NCBI GenBank assembly: GCA_051453625.1
Contig: JBOZIK010000001.1
Coordinates: 19,061,681-19,125,680 of the forward strand
Length of the DNA stretch: 64,000 bases
Reading direction: 5' to 3'
Origin: Welwitschia mirabilis
Lineage: Eukaryota
Position 1 is the first letter of the stretch, and each line of letters opens with the position of its first letter. Below the pieces are notes generated by a model. The model worked only from the letters and a program-made list of their open reading frames with translations. It did not search any database and had not been told where the DNA came from. Shown here piece by piece: positions 11,544 to 24,153 of this stretch. The position numbers and the translations under genes are program-made.

Positions 11544-13650
11544 TATAATGATAAAAAGATAGAGAGCTAAAAAACAACCTTACCTCACAAATATTTCAAT
11601 AGAAAAGGTGAAAATAACATCTTTTGAAGTGGTAACACAAGCATTTGCATCCTTGAAGAAACAGATTAGCATATAAACAAAAAACAACATAAATCCTATC
11701 TTTTTCACACAAGGTAATGTAAAGTTTCATTCAATTCCATTATAATCTTTTGCATAGTCAAGTTTAAGGAAGGCAATATTTTGATTAGTATCATTTGCTA
11801 ATGCTAAACCTTTCCAAGCAAGTATAATATTATTAAGAATATATCTATGTTTAACAAAATCACTCTACTTAATAGAAATAATATTAGATAAGATACTGTT
11901 TGACCTCTTTACTAAATATTGAACTAAAATTTTATAATGAATATTAAGTAAAGTAATTATTCTCTAACTAGAAATGGAATAAATACTACCTAATGTTTAA
12001 AAAAGATAAATGACACTTTGATTTGGATCTAAACTACCTTTGTATAAGGCTTCCTAAAGTCCCTTAAAGTAGTCTTTTACAATAATATCCTAATGATTTT
12101 TATAGAATTATGGAAGTAAATAAACCATTTTTAGAGCCTTAGTAATAGCCATATCAAATCAAGCCACTTTCAACTCATCTTCTATAATATCCTTCTCTAT
12201 AATTTAATAATGAACTTGTCATATTTTCTAGCAAAGAAAGTTACCATTTTAGAAAAATGATTATATCAAAAGCAATTCTATTTTAAAACCTTAGTAAAAT
12301 ACCAAATAAAGTAACTAGATCAGACTATAAACAAGCATCAAATTTAAGTTTGTCTAATGTGAGAAGAAGTAGAACCTCTCCTAAGAAACTTTAAGAATTC
12401 TTTACAATTGACATCTTAAATGTTAAGCTAATAAATACATCTTTTAAAGGATCATCATTAGTGAAGTAAATTTCCTAGGAATTTAAAAAATTCTTGATTT
12501 TTAAAAACTACTTATATAAATGTTAATTAAAAGGATATGATTCTATAGCAACAAAAAATGATAGCACATGCTATTGGGTGTTTGAATATGTTTCTCTTAC
12601 TTTAGCAATTATTTTTTTACCAACATGTCTAGAATGTTTTTGAATATAGCACAGATACATCATGCAATACATCTAATATACCACTCATATAAGGTTTGCA
12701 TTCCATAATAATGCAAACTAGTTTTTCCTAATTTTGAATTATATGCACTTCCATGTAATCTAAAAAGAAAGGACTGATTTCTCTTTAGCGAATGTTGGGA
12801 GTCAATTTGTAAATAGATGGCATAATGATATGATAATAAGAAATCATTACAGACTTTAATAAAAGAATTATGATTCCCAAAAATATAGAAGAAAACTACA
12901 ATCTAATGAGGCATTGAAGAACATAACCACCTCTAGATCAAAAATTTTACTAAGTATTAAGAAAAGTACGTGAGGAAAGTATTGACATTACTAAGGGAAA
13001 TCAATAAGACAAACTACTCTTTAAGAGAAGACTTGAAACTTTTTTTTTTTTTAATTTTTTTTTAAAAAGAAATCTAAAAGCATAAATGGGGTAGATTCTA
13101 AAAACTCCATGAGGGAAAGAAACAAACACCCAATTATATCTATTCTAAGAATCATGATCATTTTGAACTACTTTAGAGTGCAGATGCGAGTGAAGAATGG
13201 TAAAAGAACCACCTCCACTAGTACAATACTTTATGGTAAATGTAGTACTATTTTTGATAAACAACTTCCTAATAGATGTTATGTATTCTTTAGAGATTTT
13301 AACTTCTTGTAATAATATAAAATCAGAAGACAGGGGGTAGAGATAGATGAAATTCCCAGCTCTTCTTCTCTAAAGGCCATTTATGAGCCTTTGAACATTC
13401 CAAGAATATATAATCATAAACATGTGAGGCATGAGGCCCCCACCCAAATAAATACATCATCTATTTGGTTGCAACTAATGTCTGTGCGATACTCACAACT
13501 CTCCTAAAACTTGAAACTTATTAGAGGTTTGGATGTTGTCTTTTAAGGATTTTGACACAAGAGAAGCACTTTCACTAAATAACTTCATTTTCTTTGAAGG
13601 CCCATTAGGATTAAACCATTTACATAAATCCATTATTTTGAATTCTTTCT
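11544..13650 (-). mobile_element. L1-type LINE ORF2 relic, 5' part (linker and RT N-terminal half)
   Basis: The minus strand gives MAITKAL...FYKNH (=KAPGxDG..EFYK), ITLLNI, RYILNNIILAWKGL, AFLKLDYAKDY (=LKLDFAKAYD) and VR*GCFLALYLF (=RQGCPLAPYLF). Right boundary approximate. Confidence 0.8.
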
Positions 13651-14059
13651 ATGCTTGATTTCTTACTATTTTTTAGAGCATCATTTAAAAAAAGAGCATG
13701 TGCATTTTGTGAAACTAAGGACTTTTTAAATAAAGAAGCGTTAAACTCTTTTTTTTTACTAGATGAATAAGATTGAGTATTTTGGATTGCTGATCTTGTA
13801 CACTTATTATGATGAAAAACAAACCTTAAGAAAAAGTAGCTTTAGTTTTGTACGTGCGAAGTTCATTAAGAGACACTTCATTTATTTGAGTGATGATAAT
13901 GATTGTACTTTTTTTTTAAAAAAATAGAATTACTACAAGTTTTCAGTTCAAAACCACTAAAAATTATTAAGACTAAAAATAAAATTTCTAGATAATATAA
14001 AATTAAAAATAATTATAAAAAATAAAAAATTACAGAATATTCCATTATGCTAAACAACA

Positions 14060-14310
14060 AACTCGACTGAAAAACCGCCCTTACTTTCATTAAATCGTGT
14101 CTCGACCCCAAGTCTTAGATGGACAACGGCAAGAGCCAACCATAATACTCGCAAAAATGAAATGACGTGGCGGAACAGAGACCTTGTCGAAATTCAGGGA
14201 CGTGAAAGTCGCGCCTCTGGGATCCACAAGCTCAAACCAGCGGATTTTTCTGTGATGCCGCAGCACCACACTCGAGACCCTTCAGATTGCATCTGCCACG
14301 TTGTAGAACG
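14060..14310 (+). promoter_or_regulatory. CpG-rich promoter with ACGT-core boxes
   Basis: Sharp rise in CpG relative to the flanking TEs; TGACGTGGC at 14163-14171, GGACGTGA near 14198, GCCACGTT at 14295-14302. Probable 5'UTR intron 14521-14644 (GTAGGG...TTCAG). Confidence 0.55.
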
Positions 14311-14666
14311 ATTTTTCTTGTTTTGCATGCCTTCTAGAGTATTTTAGAAACCCAACATCTCCCTTTTCTGCTGCAAGATATCTTGGCCTATGTCGTGGAT
14401 TTATATCTGAATCGCGCGTTGTTTGTCTCTGATCTTCAGGCTTGTTTGGGATACTTTTGATTTTGTTCTCTGCTTTTCGATAGGACAAGGAATTGCAGAA
14501 GCTTCGTTTTGAGCGCATAGGTAGGGTTTCTTGAATCGGTTTTGTTCAAGTTCTATAAAATTAGACGGGCTGTTCCTTTTCCTTTCATTTGCTTTCTTCT
14601 TCCTTTTTTGTTTTTTTCAAATAAAGTTACTTTGTACATTTCAGGTATTTGCTGTTTTCTTTAGAA

Positions 14667-17307
14667 ATGCAAGGATTGGGAGTTATTAGCAACGCTAGCT
14701 GTGGAAATGGAATGGGCCGGGTTTTTTGCGGCTCTGACGCTCTTCTGAACTTAGGAAAGAAGCCTAAAAATGCGAGTCCAAAAATGGCATTCCCGAATAG
14801 GTCTCTGAAGGTATTAAGCTTCTTCATTGCGTGTTCCCTTTTATTTCCGTATCTATTAAGCGAAATTAGTCTTATGTATTAGACACTGCGCTCTCTGTCT
14901 CTGCGTTTCATATATCACTATTAAATGAATCGTTTTAAGAACTAGATTAGTTTGTTGAAGCAGCAGTAGGTTTGAAGTGAATAGCTTCGTACCTGCAGTT
15001 CGAGATTTTTGTTTGAAACGCTTTGTATGTTTGTTACAGCACACATGATCGCAATTCAAAACTTGTTGTAAATTAAGACTGATTTAGTTAGAAGAGACAA
15101 TTTTCGCTGGGAAATCTGAGCAGCGGTTGTCGCTTTTATGGTGCATAAGCAGCAAACAAACAGCAAATAGAGTGACTTTAAATATGTTACCTACCTTTTC
15201 TAGGTTTAGGTCACAGGTTGATCCTCACTATCGGAATAAGAGTAAAAATAGCTGAAACTGACGCTTCTTTACTTGAGGAAAAACAAGTGACAAAGATTGA
15301 AAGCTTGTCGGAATTTTTGTAAAATCAATTGACTTGAACGAACTGTCCAAATACAGAAAATTTTTCCTGAAACCAATGAACTTGAACGAACTGTCAAAAT
15401 ACTGAAATTTTAGGAGGTGGAGGCAAATTACATAATCATATGCCAAAATAAACATGTCTACAACACACGGAAAGAAATTATCTTCCTGGAACTCATTCAC
15501 TAAAATACACAATCCAGACCTTTAGGGAGAAGGAAAAATTATTGGATAGACTGCATAAGTAGGTTAGCAAATCAGAAAGCTTGAAGCCAGGGAAAAAGGA
15601 GTAAGAAGGATGTAACAAGAAATTTCCAGTGTCTTAGTAGAAGGCCTCAAATCAGTTGGCCAGTTATTTGCTGTGACTCATTCTATATGGACTTTAATAG
15701 AGAAATTCGATCTCCTTTAGTCGAATTAAGCACCGCGCTTATTCTCTATTATTCCAGATATTCAGCTTGCATACATTCTTGTGTATCTGTTCTATTACTA
15801 AAATGCTTCACATATCATCTTTATTCACTTGCTGTTTCTGTCTTTGATGGACGATTACATTCACACTGTAAATTGATGGGCAGCTCACTTTAAAGATAAA
15901 TGGAATCTTGAAACAATGATGGTGCTTATTTCAAATTAAGTGTTACAAACTAATCATAAGTGCTACGCCTTATTTTATTACTCTTTTTGCTTTATTGTTT
16001 CTGGATTAGTTCTATTGACATTTATTGATTGTATGGCCCTGTTGTTAGATTCTTCCTTCTGTCGCTGGTCCTATGTGTGTTCGGCGGCATAGTTGTGGAA
16101 GGAGAAGAAAGAATTTTTGTGTTAGAGCACTTAGTAATTCTGATGAGCCATCTCAGCCGATTGCTCCTTTACAGTTGGAGTCACCATCTGGTCAGTTGCT
16201 ATCACAGCTTTTGAAAGACAATCCATATATTATTCCAGCTGCAGCTGAAGAACAGTTGGAAAGGCTTGTTGCTGATCGCGAGGCAGCCACTCAGCAAATG
16301 CCAAATACAACATCTGGTAGCGATGTCGCGCTCTACCGGTTAGATGAAAAACTTGAGATTCTTTAAATTCTATTTTATATTCATATCTTATTCATTTGTT
16401 TGTTCGCGAGTATGGATTTCGTCCTCCTGTTCAACAATGAAAATCTTGGTCTTCTCACAGGAGGATTGCAGAATTAAAAGCTGCCGAGAGAAGCAAAGCT
16501 CTCGAGGAAATTACATATGCACTTATAGTGCAAAAGTTTGTAGAAGCTGAAGTTTCTATGATACCCAGCATATCTAATCCTGACCCTGTTACTGGTAAAG
16601 TCGATACATGGTCGAAAGAGGAGAATAGACTGGAGAAAGTACATTCTCCTGATGCGCTTGAAATGATCAGGAATCATCTTAACCTTGTTCTTGGGAGCCG
16701 CCTTGTTGACTCCGATGCGATTGCTCAGATTAGCAAGATGCGGGTAGGCCAAGTATACACTGCTTCAGTTATGTATGGATACTTTTTAAGAAGAGTAGAT
16801 CAGCGCTTTCAGCTAGAAAAGAGCATGAACGTTCTTCCTCCTGGTCTGACTGAAAATTCTGGTACAAAGCAAACAAACGAGAGCAGTTACTCAATTGCAG
16901 GTGATTCTGAGTTCCGGAATCCCGAAGCGGCTTCCGTTTCAAGTTCCAGCAATGACAGTATGCCGTCAGACGTCGAATTCAATTCCTCAGTGTACGGGTC
17001 CTTGAGAATGAAACCGTGCAAATTGAGAACCTATGTTATGTCCTTCGATCAAGAGACATTGCAGAGATACGCAACTATGAGGTCAAAGGAGGGAGTTAGT
17101 ATAATCGAGAGGCATGCAGAGGCCCTATTTGGAAAGCCAGAGATTCAAATAATGGGCGGTAATGTAGCAGCTATCAATGATGAAATGATCAGGATAAGCT
17201 TTTCAGGGTTGACAAGCCTGGTTATGGAAGCTGTCACGTTTGGCAGTTTCCTCTGGGATGTTGAAAGTTTCGTTGATTCAAAGTACCCATTTTTGGTAAA
17301 TAGTTAA
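14667..17307 (+). CDS. DUF760 family / UV-B-induced protein At3g17800-like, probably chloroplast-targeted; exons 14667-14810, 16049-16338, 16461-17307 (426 aa)
   Basis: Canonical GT-AG introns join in frame (1281 nt). Family motifs IAPLQLESPSGQLLSQLL, LYRRIAELK..ALEEI.YALIVQKF, YTASVMYGYFLRRVDQRFQLEKSM, LRTYVMSFDQETLQRYATMRSKE, LVMEAVTFGSFLWDVESFVDS. Basic Ser/Gly-rich N-terminus resembles a transit peptide. Confidence 0.95.
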
Positions 17308-17942
17308 ATGCAAACCTCTTCTGTGTAAGTTAAATGCAAGAATTGTGTATCATTTCATTTCTGAGTCAGTGCATTCCTCTGAAACACTCAAGGGTGACAG
17401 AGACCAAAGGCTCTTCCAGTCTCAGTCTCTCTTAGCTGTTTCGGAGAAACATTATAACAGTTATTGCCGACTGGTCTGAAAAAGCTGCTTTGTAAAAATT
17501 TACACAATAGAATGGATGAAGATCCATTCTTTATGTGAATGGATCCTGTAATCTAGGTCTGATAAAGCAACTTGGAGCTAAATACCTCATGTATTAAAAA
17601 AGCATGTTCGATGTGTTTTGACGTTAATCAAGTACTTGTCATGATGTTGTTATTTCCTTCTTTGCTGGCGTAAGCCAAATTTCCTAAATGTCTCCGACAT
17701 TTTGATTTTGTCCTCCAAAGCAAAGGGATTCGGCTTCCTGAATATTGAAATCATTAGGAAAACAATGTACGGCTGGTTGAAATCGCACAGAAGTCTATGG
17801 TTTCCCAATTTTTGATAGTTATTACAATGGAAGTCTGATCAATTTACCTATAAAGGCTTTTGTGAGTCGGATCTCTAGACCTTGATTGGTATTGTTTTAA
17901 ATTGGGATTTGTAGCTATATATTTATGAATATATTTGCCATG

Positions 17943-17974
<32 letters not shown>

Positions 17975-18403
17975 TTGGAGCTCTTCTTGTTATTTTCATA
18001 TGCTGTGCTTTAATTTTATTGTGTGCTTGAAGCGATAGGGAAGGGTTGTTAAGGCATTTTGTAGAAATGGTCACATGACTGATTGCAATATTACGTCTGG
18101 GTGTACTTGTATCTGAAATTTGTGTTATAGCATGTACATGGTCACAGCAAAACTAAAGCATTTTTTTCTTTTTAAATTTATGGTTTTCAAATCCAAACTG
18201 AAAGCTTTTTTCATCAGACTAACTATGCCTAGAGTAGTTTAGGTTTGGAGTGCTTTAATAGTTTTTAAGGGGACAAGTGCATTACTTTAGATAGTCGTTT
18301 AAGGCTATGAAAGCCTTAAGGGCGTTGAAAAACAAACATATGAAAGAGGCAATGTCGTTGAAGATGTTTGTAGAAAACTTTTCCTATTATTTCTGGTTAA
18401 AAT

Positions 18404-19392
18404 CATGGTTGTGAGACTAAGATTCAATACCTAACTTGTTTGGCTTCCTAGACTTGTTAGCCAAATTGTTAGACTTGCAAAACTTAGCAGAAACTCAAGA
18501 AGGCCAAAAGAGTCTAGGTTTTGTTATATTTTTTTAAAGATAAGGAATTTGGTGTATTCATATATATTTATATATATATTTAAAGATTAAGAAATTTTAT
18601 ATATTTAAGGCATATAGCATTTGTAAATATTAGACAAGTGTTGGAATACACTATATTAGTGAANNNNNNNNNNNNNNNNNNNNNNNNNNNNNNNNNNNNN
18701 NNNNNNNNNNNNNNNNNNNNNNNNNNNNNNNNNNNNNNNNNNNNNNNNNNNNNNNNNAGTGATGGTTTTTCATCTAGACAAGGAAAACATTGACCCTAGT
18801 ACAATAAAGTTTCCCATGAATGAAGTATCAGAAGAAAAGCACAAGAGAAGCATTCAGAAGAACATAAGGAAATCTAAAGGAAAAAGTTCTTGGGGCTTAA
18901 AAGAAAACGAATACCTCTAACACAACTTCACTCTTTACTCTTCATTGCCTTGTATGCTCCTTTGACACTTTCTCTTCCAGATGAGTGTGGGAAGTGATTT
19001 CAAGTCTTCAATATCACATGAAATCACTTTATAACTCCCTCAAGCTTGAACTTTTTTCAACTTTTTAAAAAAACCTTTTTAAAAAATTATTTTGAAAAAA
19101 AACTTTTTTTCAGAAAACTTTTTGAACTTTTTCTTAAAAAAATTTCTAAGAAAAAACTTTTTCAAAACTTTTTAATAAAATGTTTTTGTTTCCTATTTTA
19201 AGTGAGAAGAGTTTGGTAGTCACAAAGTAGCCAAACTCGTTAGACTTGCTGGACTCGATAGACTTGGCAAATTTGATGAGTCTGCAATTGCCAAAATTCG
19301 TCCCAGTGAGTTTTTGATTTTGGACTCACAGCACGCTCTATACTCATAGACTTGTGTGACTCGTCATAATCGTTGCAAGTCTGGCAACAGTG
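18404..19392. mobile_element. Non-autonomous hAT-type DNA transposon
   Basis: Imperfect 15-bp TIRs CATGGTTGTGAGACT / AGTCTGGCAACAGTG, near-matching 8-bp TSD GTTAAAAT / ATTGAAAT, clustered GACTYG subterminal motifs at both ends. Confidence 0.75.
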
Positions 19393-22300
19393 ATTGAAAT
19401 AGAGGAAGTTCAAAAATCATTCTCATTGGAAGGATTCAAGGTAATCAGCACACTCAAATATAGCATTTACTTTTAAAACCTTAATAAATGAATTTCAAAG
19501 TAGAAGCTACTTGCTAGTTTGTAATTTGTCATAATCTCTTAAATTTCATTGATGATAAATTTTCTAAAAAGGTGTTCTATATGACTTAAGAGAGAGAGGT
19601 TGGTTTTATTGGGTAAAGATTAGTCTTCAAAAACAGAATATTCAAGAGCAAATTTTGCCAAAGGTAGCTCCCTTAAGTGATTTTATTCTTTTTCATTTCC
19701 AAATTTAGATTAGAAGGCAAGAATTGGATCTTATGATTTAAAGATTTAAACAAATAGATGACTTTAAATCCCTCAAGAAGTAGACATGTTGACTTTGTAG
19801 CTAGAATGTTGTTAAGATGAGTACCCTCTCTTTCTTAAATGTCGCTCAATAAATGACACATGGAAAAATTACAACATGAAATATGACATTGAAGCTTATG
19901 ATTTGCTGGACTTATTTCAAATTTTACCTAAAACTTTGGGTAACTTTATAAATGAAACCTTTCGAGCTTATGGCATGTATGTTTTTTATATCTCAAATGC
20001 TTATAACCATTATACTTGTTTGTTTATTAAACTACCTAATGTTAGTCAAGTTCACCTTTAAAAAGGCTGTCCAGAGTGAGAAGATGAACCCAATAAAATG
20101 AGAGATTTAGAAACTCACATTTGATAGCACTAATAATACAACTCCAAAACTGAAAAATGGTAAAAACTTATTAGAGAAAAGGAGAATGAGCTCAAACTTG
20201 ATGGCAGTGAAGAATGCTCAATAATACATATTTATATATACATATATATGCTCAAAACAATTAACCTTTCATCCTTCATGATACGTTTTTTAAGGTCATA
20301 CCTTTGTGCTTGAATGTTGTAAAGTGTCCCAGGCGTCCATGGGCATTTTCCCTGTAGGCCTTTATTTAGCAAAAACATTGTTATTTACCACGGCATCCTA
20401 GTTATACCTTGTTATAGGTTGAACTAAACTCCAAATTGCAGATAAAAGGATTAGTTAAATAGAAAGGAAATAATTTACATAGTTTTTATAGTAATGCCTT
20501 CATGATAAAGCCTTCAAGGCTCTTCATAAGTTTTGCCAAATTTTTGTATTCTTATTGTGAGGGAGGCGCTGGCTCTGGATAGTAACGATGAATTTAGGGA
20601 TCTCAGAAATTGTGAGGGTCATTTCCTAAGGGTTTCTGTAGCCTTTCCCTTCATTTGTTTGTGCTGTTCTTCAGCTCTTCTGTGCTTTCTTGAATCATCA
20701 TTCTTCTTAGCTAGTAAGGTTATTGAACTTGACCCAAATCCACCAAAGCCAAATGATAATAATGCAAAAATCTTGGGAAAGAGCACAAACTTGTTAAAGC
20801 TTAGCAATAGCATTTGACATTTAGAGACTGACAATTCTATGGTGCAACTCCTTGATAATATCCTAAACAAATCCAACAATATGGACTGCCATTAACCGAC
20901 TAGCTAAAACAGAAGATGAAGGACAAGAAGATTTGGATGCAGGGCATGTCATTTTGTGGAAAAGACACAGAGATATTGGAGGGCTTGAATGCACACCATT
21001 TCTGAGAGTTGCAGAAAAGATGGCACCAAATTATAGTCCAAAAGATAATAAATATGGCCATAGATTGCACATGGAAACATTAATGGGCATGAGCTTTCAT
21101 TCAGTTAGGAAAACAATCAAATTGCAAATACACACCAAAGCTTATTTGATTGTTCCTTTTTCTCATCAGTTCTTGAACTGTCTATTCCACTACATGAGGA
21201 GGCTTCCTAGACCAAAGTCCCTTTCCTTGGTTGCAAAGTATGCCTGTGAAATCATGCCAAAAGTTGAGGTGATGGGAGAAGAATGCCATAGGAAACCCAT
21301 CATGATGAATGAAAGAGACAAAAATATTAGAAAATATGCTTTCATTGATGCAGTGTTGGCCAAGACAACACCATACAAAAGATGAGTAAGTGACCCACAT
21401 TCCAAAAGTGATAATAATTGAGGGCACTGTTTGCACAGTGCTGAAGAAACAAACCATTCATTGTTCATAATTTAGCCCATCTGTTTCTTTCATTTTTCTT
21501 TTATATCCAATCATGTTCACACCAAACCAATGCATTTCATTATTTCCTTGTATATATATATATAGAGAAATGGTTGTATGTGAACACCCTCTAGCCTTGT
21601 TGGTTGCTCTGTTTGGGCAGAGAGGCAGGCACGAGGCAGCATTTCAGGCTTCTTTTCTGCAGGGCACACCGAGCCATTGCAAGGGATAAGGCACAAAGCC
21701 CACTGTAAGGCCCTCTTGTGTCTAGCTATGGTCTGCAAGTTACATCCTTACGATATGAAGAGATTTGTTCAGGTCAGAGTCAAGAAGCGGTTGCATGTCT
21801 TGCCTCAGGGCTGAGCCATCCCTGCTCATTATGCTTCCCCCTCTACAGATGGGTTCATCGGCAAGTCACATAAAGGCTAAGCTTACATTTCTTGCAAACT
21901 GAACATGATTTGCCTTTTTGAATCGTGTTATTAAGGCTTAATGACATATTAGAGTTCACATTATGTTGAAATAATATGAAAACATGGCACCCAGCTATTG
22001 CCCATCTGACACTTAATTTGCAGGTTTAAAAGCTGTTTATCATCCATACTGGTATTCTTCACACCATCATCCATGCAATATCTGTATTTAATGGAATACC
22101 CTCTTTTTCAAGTATGGTTATGTGTTTTTCAGAAGCATGGTGAGACACCAGTCATTCATGCTGGCTTTGTAAGGGCGTACTCTTCCAGTTTGGAAACTAC
22201 TGCAATCTTTACACTAACTTTCAAAGTAATCTCCTTCCAGTCGTGTCTTTCGTTTGATTTGTTTCAAATTACAGTACTCCATATCAACATTTTGTTTGTT

Positions 22301-22719
22301 TTATTTTTAATTGTATGATTGGAGTTTGAATGTAAGTCAGGGTTCCACATTTGATTTGGCTGGCACTTCCATGTGGTACAGAAATGTATTTAGCTTTACT
22401 TTCATTTTGAAAACAGGAGGAAATGGGTTTTAAAGGTAACTATTAACTTGGAAAAGCATGCTTTAAGATTACCTCAAAGCACGTTTATGGGATAACAGAA
22501 CTGAGGCTTGACTTTTGAAGGCTCAAGCTAATAGTAGTATGTGAAGGAAACAAGCCAACCATCTTAACTAAGGACTAATAAATTGACTAAAACTTAATAA
22601 ATTCAGGAATGGATTACTTAAAGGAATAAAAAAGTGTACACAAAGAGCCAGTAAATGTAAAACAATATTAAACATCAACAATGTCCTGTTTTATATTTGG
22701 ATCTTTTGCAACAGCTTTA

Positions 22720-22870
22720 GCAATCTGCTTGCTTTTTGTGTCTTCATCAAGAAATCTAATAAATTGTTCCTTGGTTGGGAGATGAACAAGTTGTATCACT
22801 TCGTCATTAAGATACTTACAAATGAAGTGATATTTGATTGCGATGTGATTGCAATGTGAGGTGTGACCTT
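22720..22870 (-). mobile_element. Copia RNase H C-terminal fragment
   Basis: Minus strand HIAIKYHFICKYLNDEVIQLVHLPTKEQ (=KHIxIKYHFIR...PTxEQxAD). Confidence 0.75.
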
Positions 22871-23039
22871 GTGATCACTAGGATTTTATGCTATGGGCCG
22901 TTATTTTATTGTTGCTTGTATCAATTAACTAGGATTTTATGTTATGGCCGGTGACTTGGATGGCAGCGCCAATGTGTTTAGCTGGATGATCTTTATTTTT
23001 CAGTATGTCCTTCAGAATGTAATACATGACTTGAAATTA

Positions 23040-23190
23040 TAATGGGAAAGTGCATAAATTCATAAATAATGTTACAAAGGGCAGAAGACATAATTTTATG
23101 ATAGAACAACTATTTTAATATCTTTGCCTAAGCTAAATTGATCTAATATATTTGGTATAAATGTCAATTTTCACATGTTATCAACCACCA
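23040..23190 (-). mobile_element. Fragment of the Athila-like LTR family (LTR 5' end)
   Basis: Similar to 46470-46600 and reverse-complementary to 30180-30300. Confidence 0.6.
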
Positions 23191-24099
23191 CATGACGCAA
23201 CCAATCACTAAAGTACTCAACTTTTGGTCATGTTAATAAAACTTTCATATTAGACAATGGTAATATTCTTGATTTTAAATGTGTATTTTTGTTTTTCAAC
23301 AAATGAGAGACTGATGGACATTTCACAAAATTACAAAACTACACAATGCATCAAATGTTCGACTCATATTTCTTAATATTTTCATAATGAAGTCCCTAAC
23401 AAACTTCCTCATTTCAACCTACCTTTTGCTTAATGGCAACCTCACCAACTACATTGTACTGTGAAGGCATGGAAACATCAAACTGCATTATCTCTAAGTA
23501 ATCCTTTTTAGAACTTGCTACAGGATATGAATCCAATACTAGACAACCCCTCAACGAGTACTTGACTCAAATCTTTCATCTTCATAGGAGTTAATGGAAT
23601 TATTAGGCTTGAGATATGTCTCCAAGAAATGACATCGGCCATTAAGAATATTGGTGATAAGACATTCTTACTAGATAAGGTTAATAGGATGCTCTTCATC
23701 CTGTGTGTACAAGTGTCTATCTCTATATGGAATAATTAAAAAAAGCCCTTCATTCCCACACTAAATTATGTAGTGGGAGTTCCTACATTTTAATAGAAAC
23801 ATAACCTCTGTTACAAGTTGGCACCACGTACAAAAGCACCATCTTTTATTGTTTGGTATCATCAAGGTTTTAGGACCTTCTCTAACAAAATCACCAATTT
23901 CACATTCGAAGGCTCTGATACTGTATTAGTGTAGCTTGGGTCAACAATGCAACATTAAAGGTATCAAACGATTGATTGATGATTATACACCACACACCAA
24001 TCACATCCATGATACTATTATTATTTATATGACACATAATAGTGCACCCCTTTACCAAGGGCACATTACCAATCATTAGCTACTTGTTGACATTGACTA

Positions 24100-24119
24100 T
24101 ATATATCCACACACACACA

Positions 24120-24150
<31 letters not shown>
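24100..24150. repeat. Compound (AT)n/(AC)n/(AG)n microsatellite
   Basis: Direct reading. Confidence 0.85.

Positions 24151-24153
<3 letters not shown>

Noticed and set aside
16474-16752. Minus-strand ORFs over the DUF760 gene and its promoter
   Set aside because: Antisense shadows of the real CDS and the GC-rich region
21392-21440. USE-like GACCCACAT as an snRNA/telomerase-RNA promoter
   Set aside because: No TATA at the expected spacing and no recognisable snRNA or telomere template downstream
20933-21468. 150-aa plus-strand ORF and overlapping minus-strand ORFs as protein genes
   Set aside because: No recognisable domain, non-ATG start for the longest, and no convincing exon chain
21700-21830. 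TAS3-like locus (partial tasiARF-like words TGTAAGGCC and GTCAAGAA)
   Set aside because: No full tasiARF sequence and no credible miR390 sites
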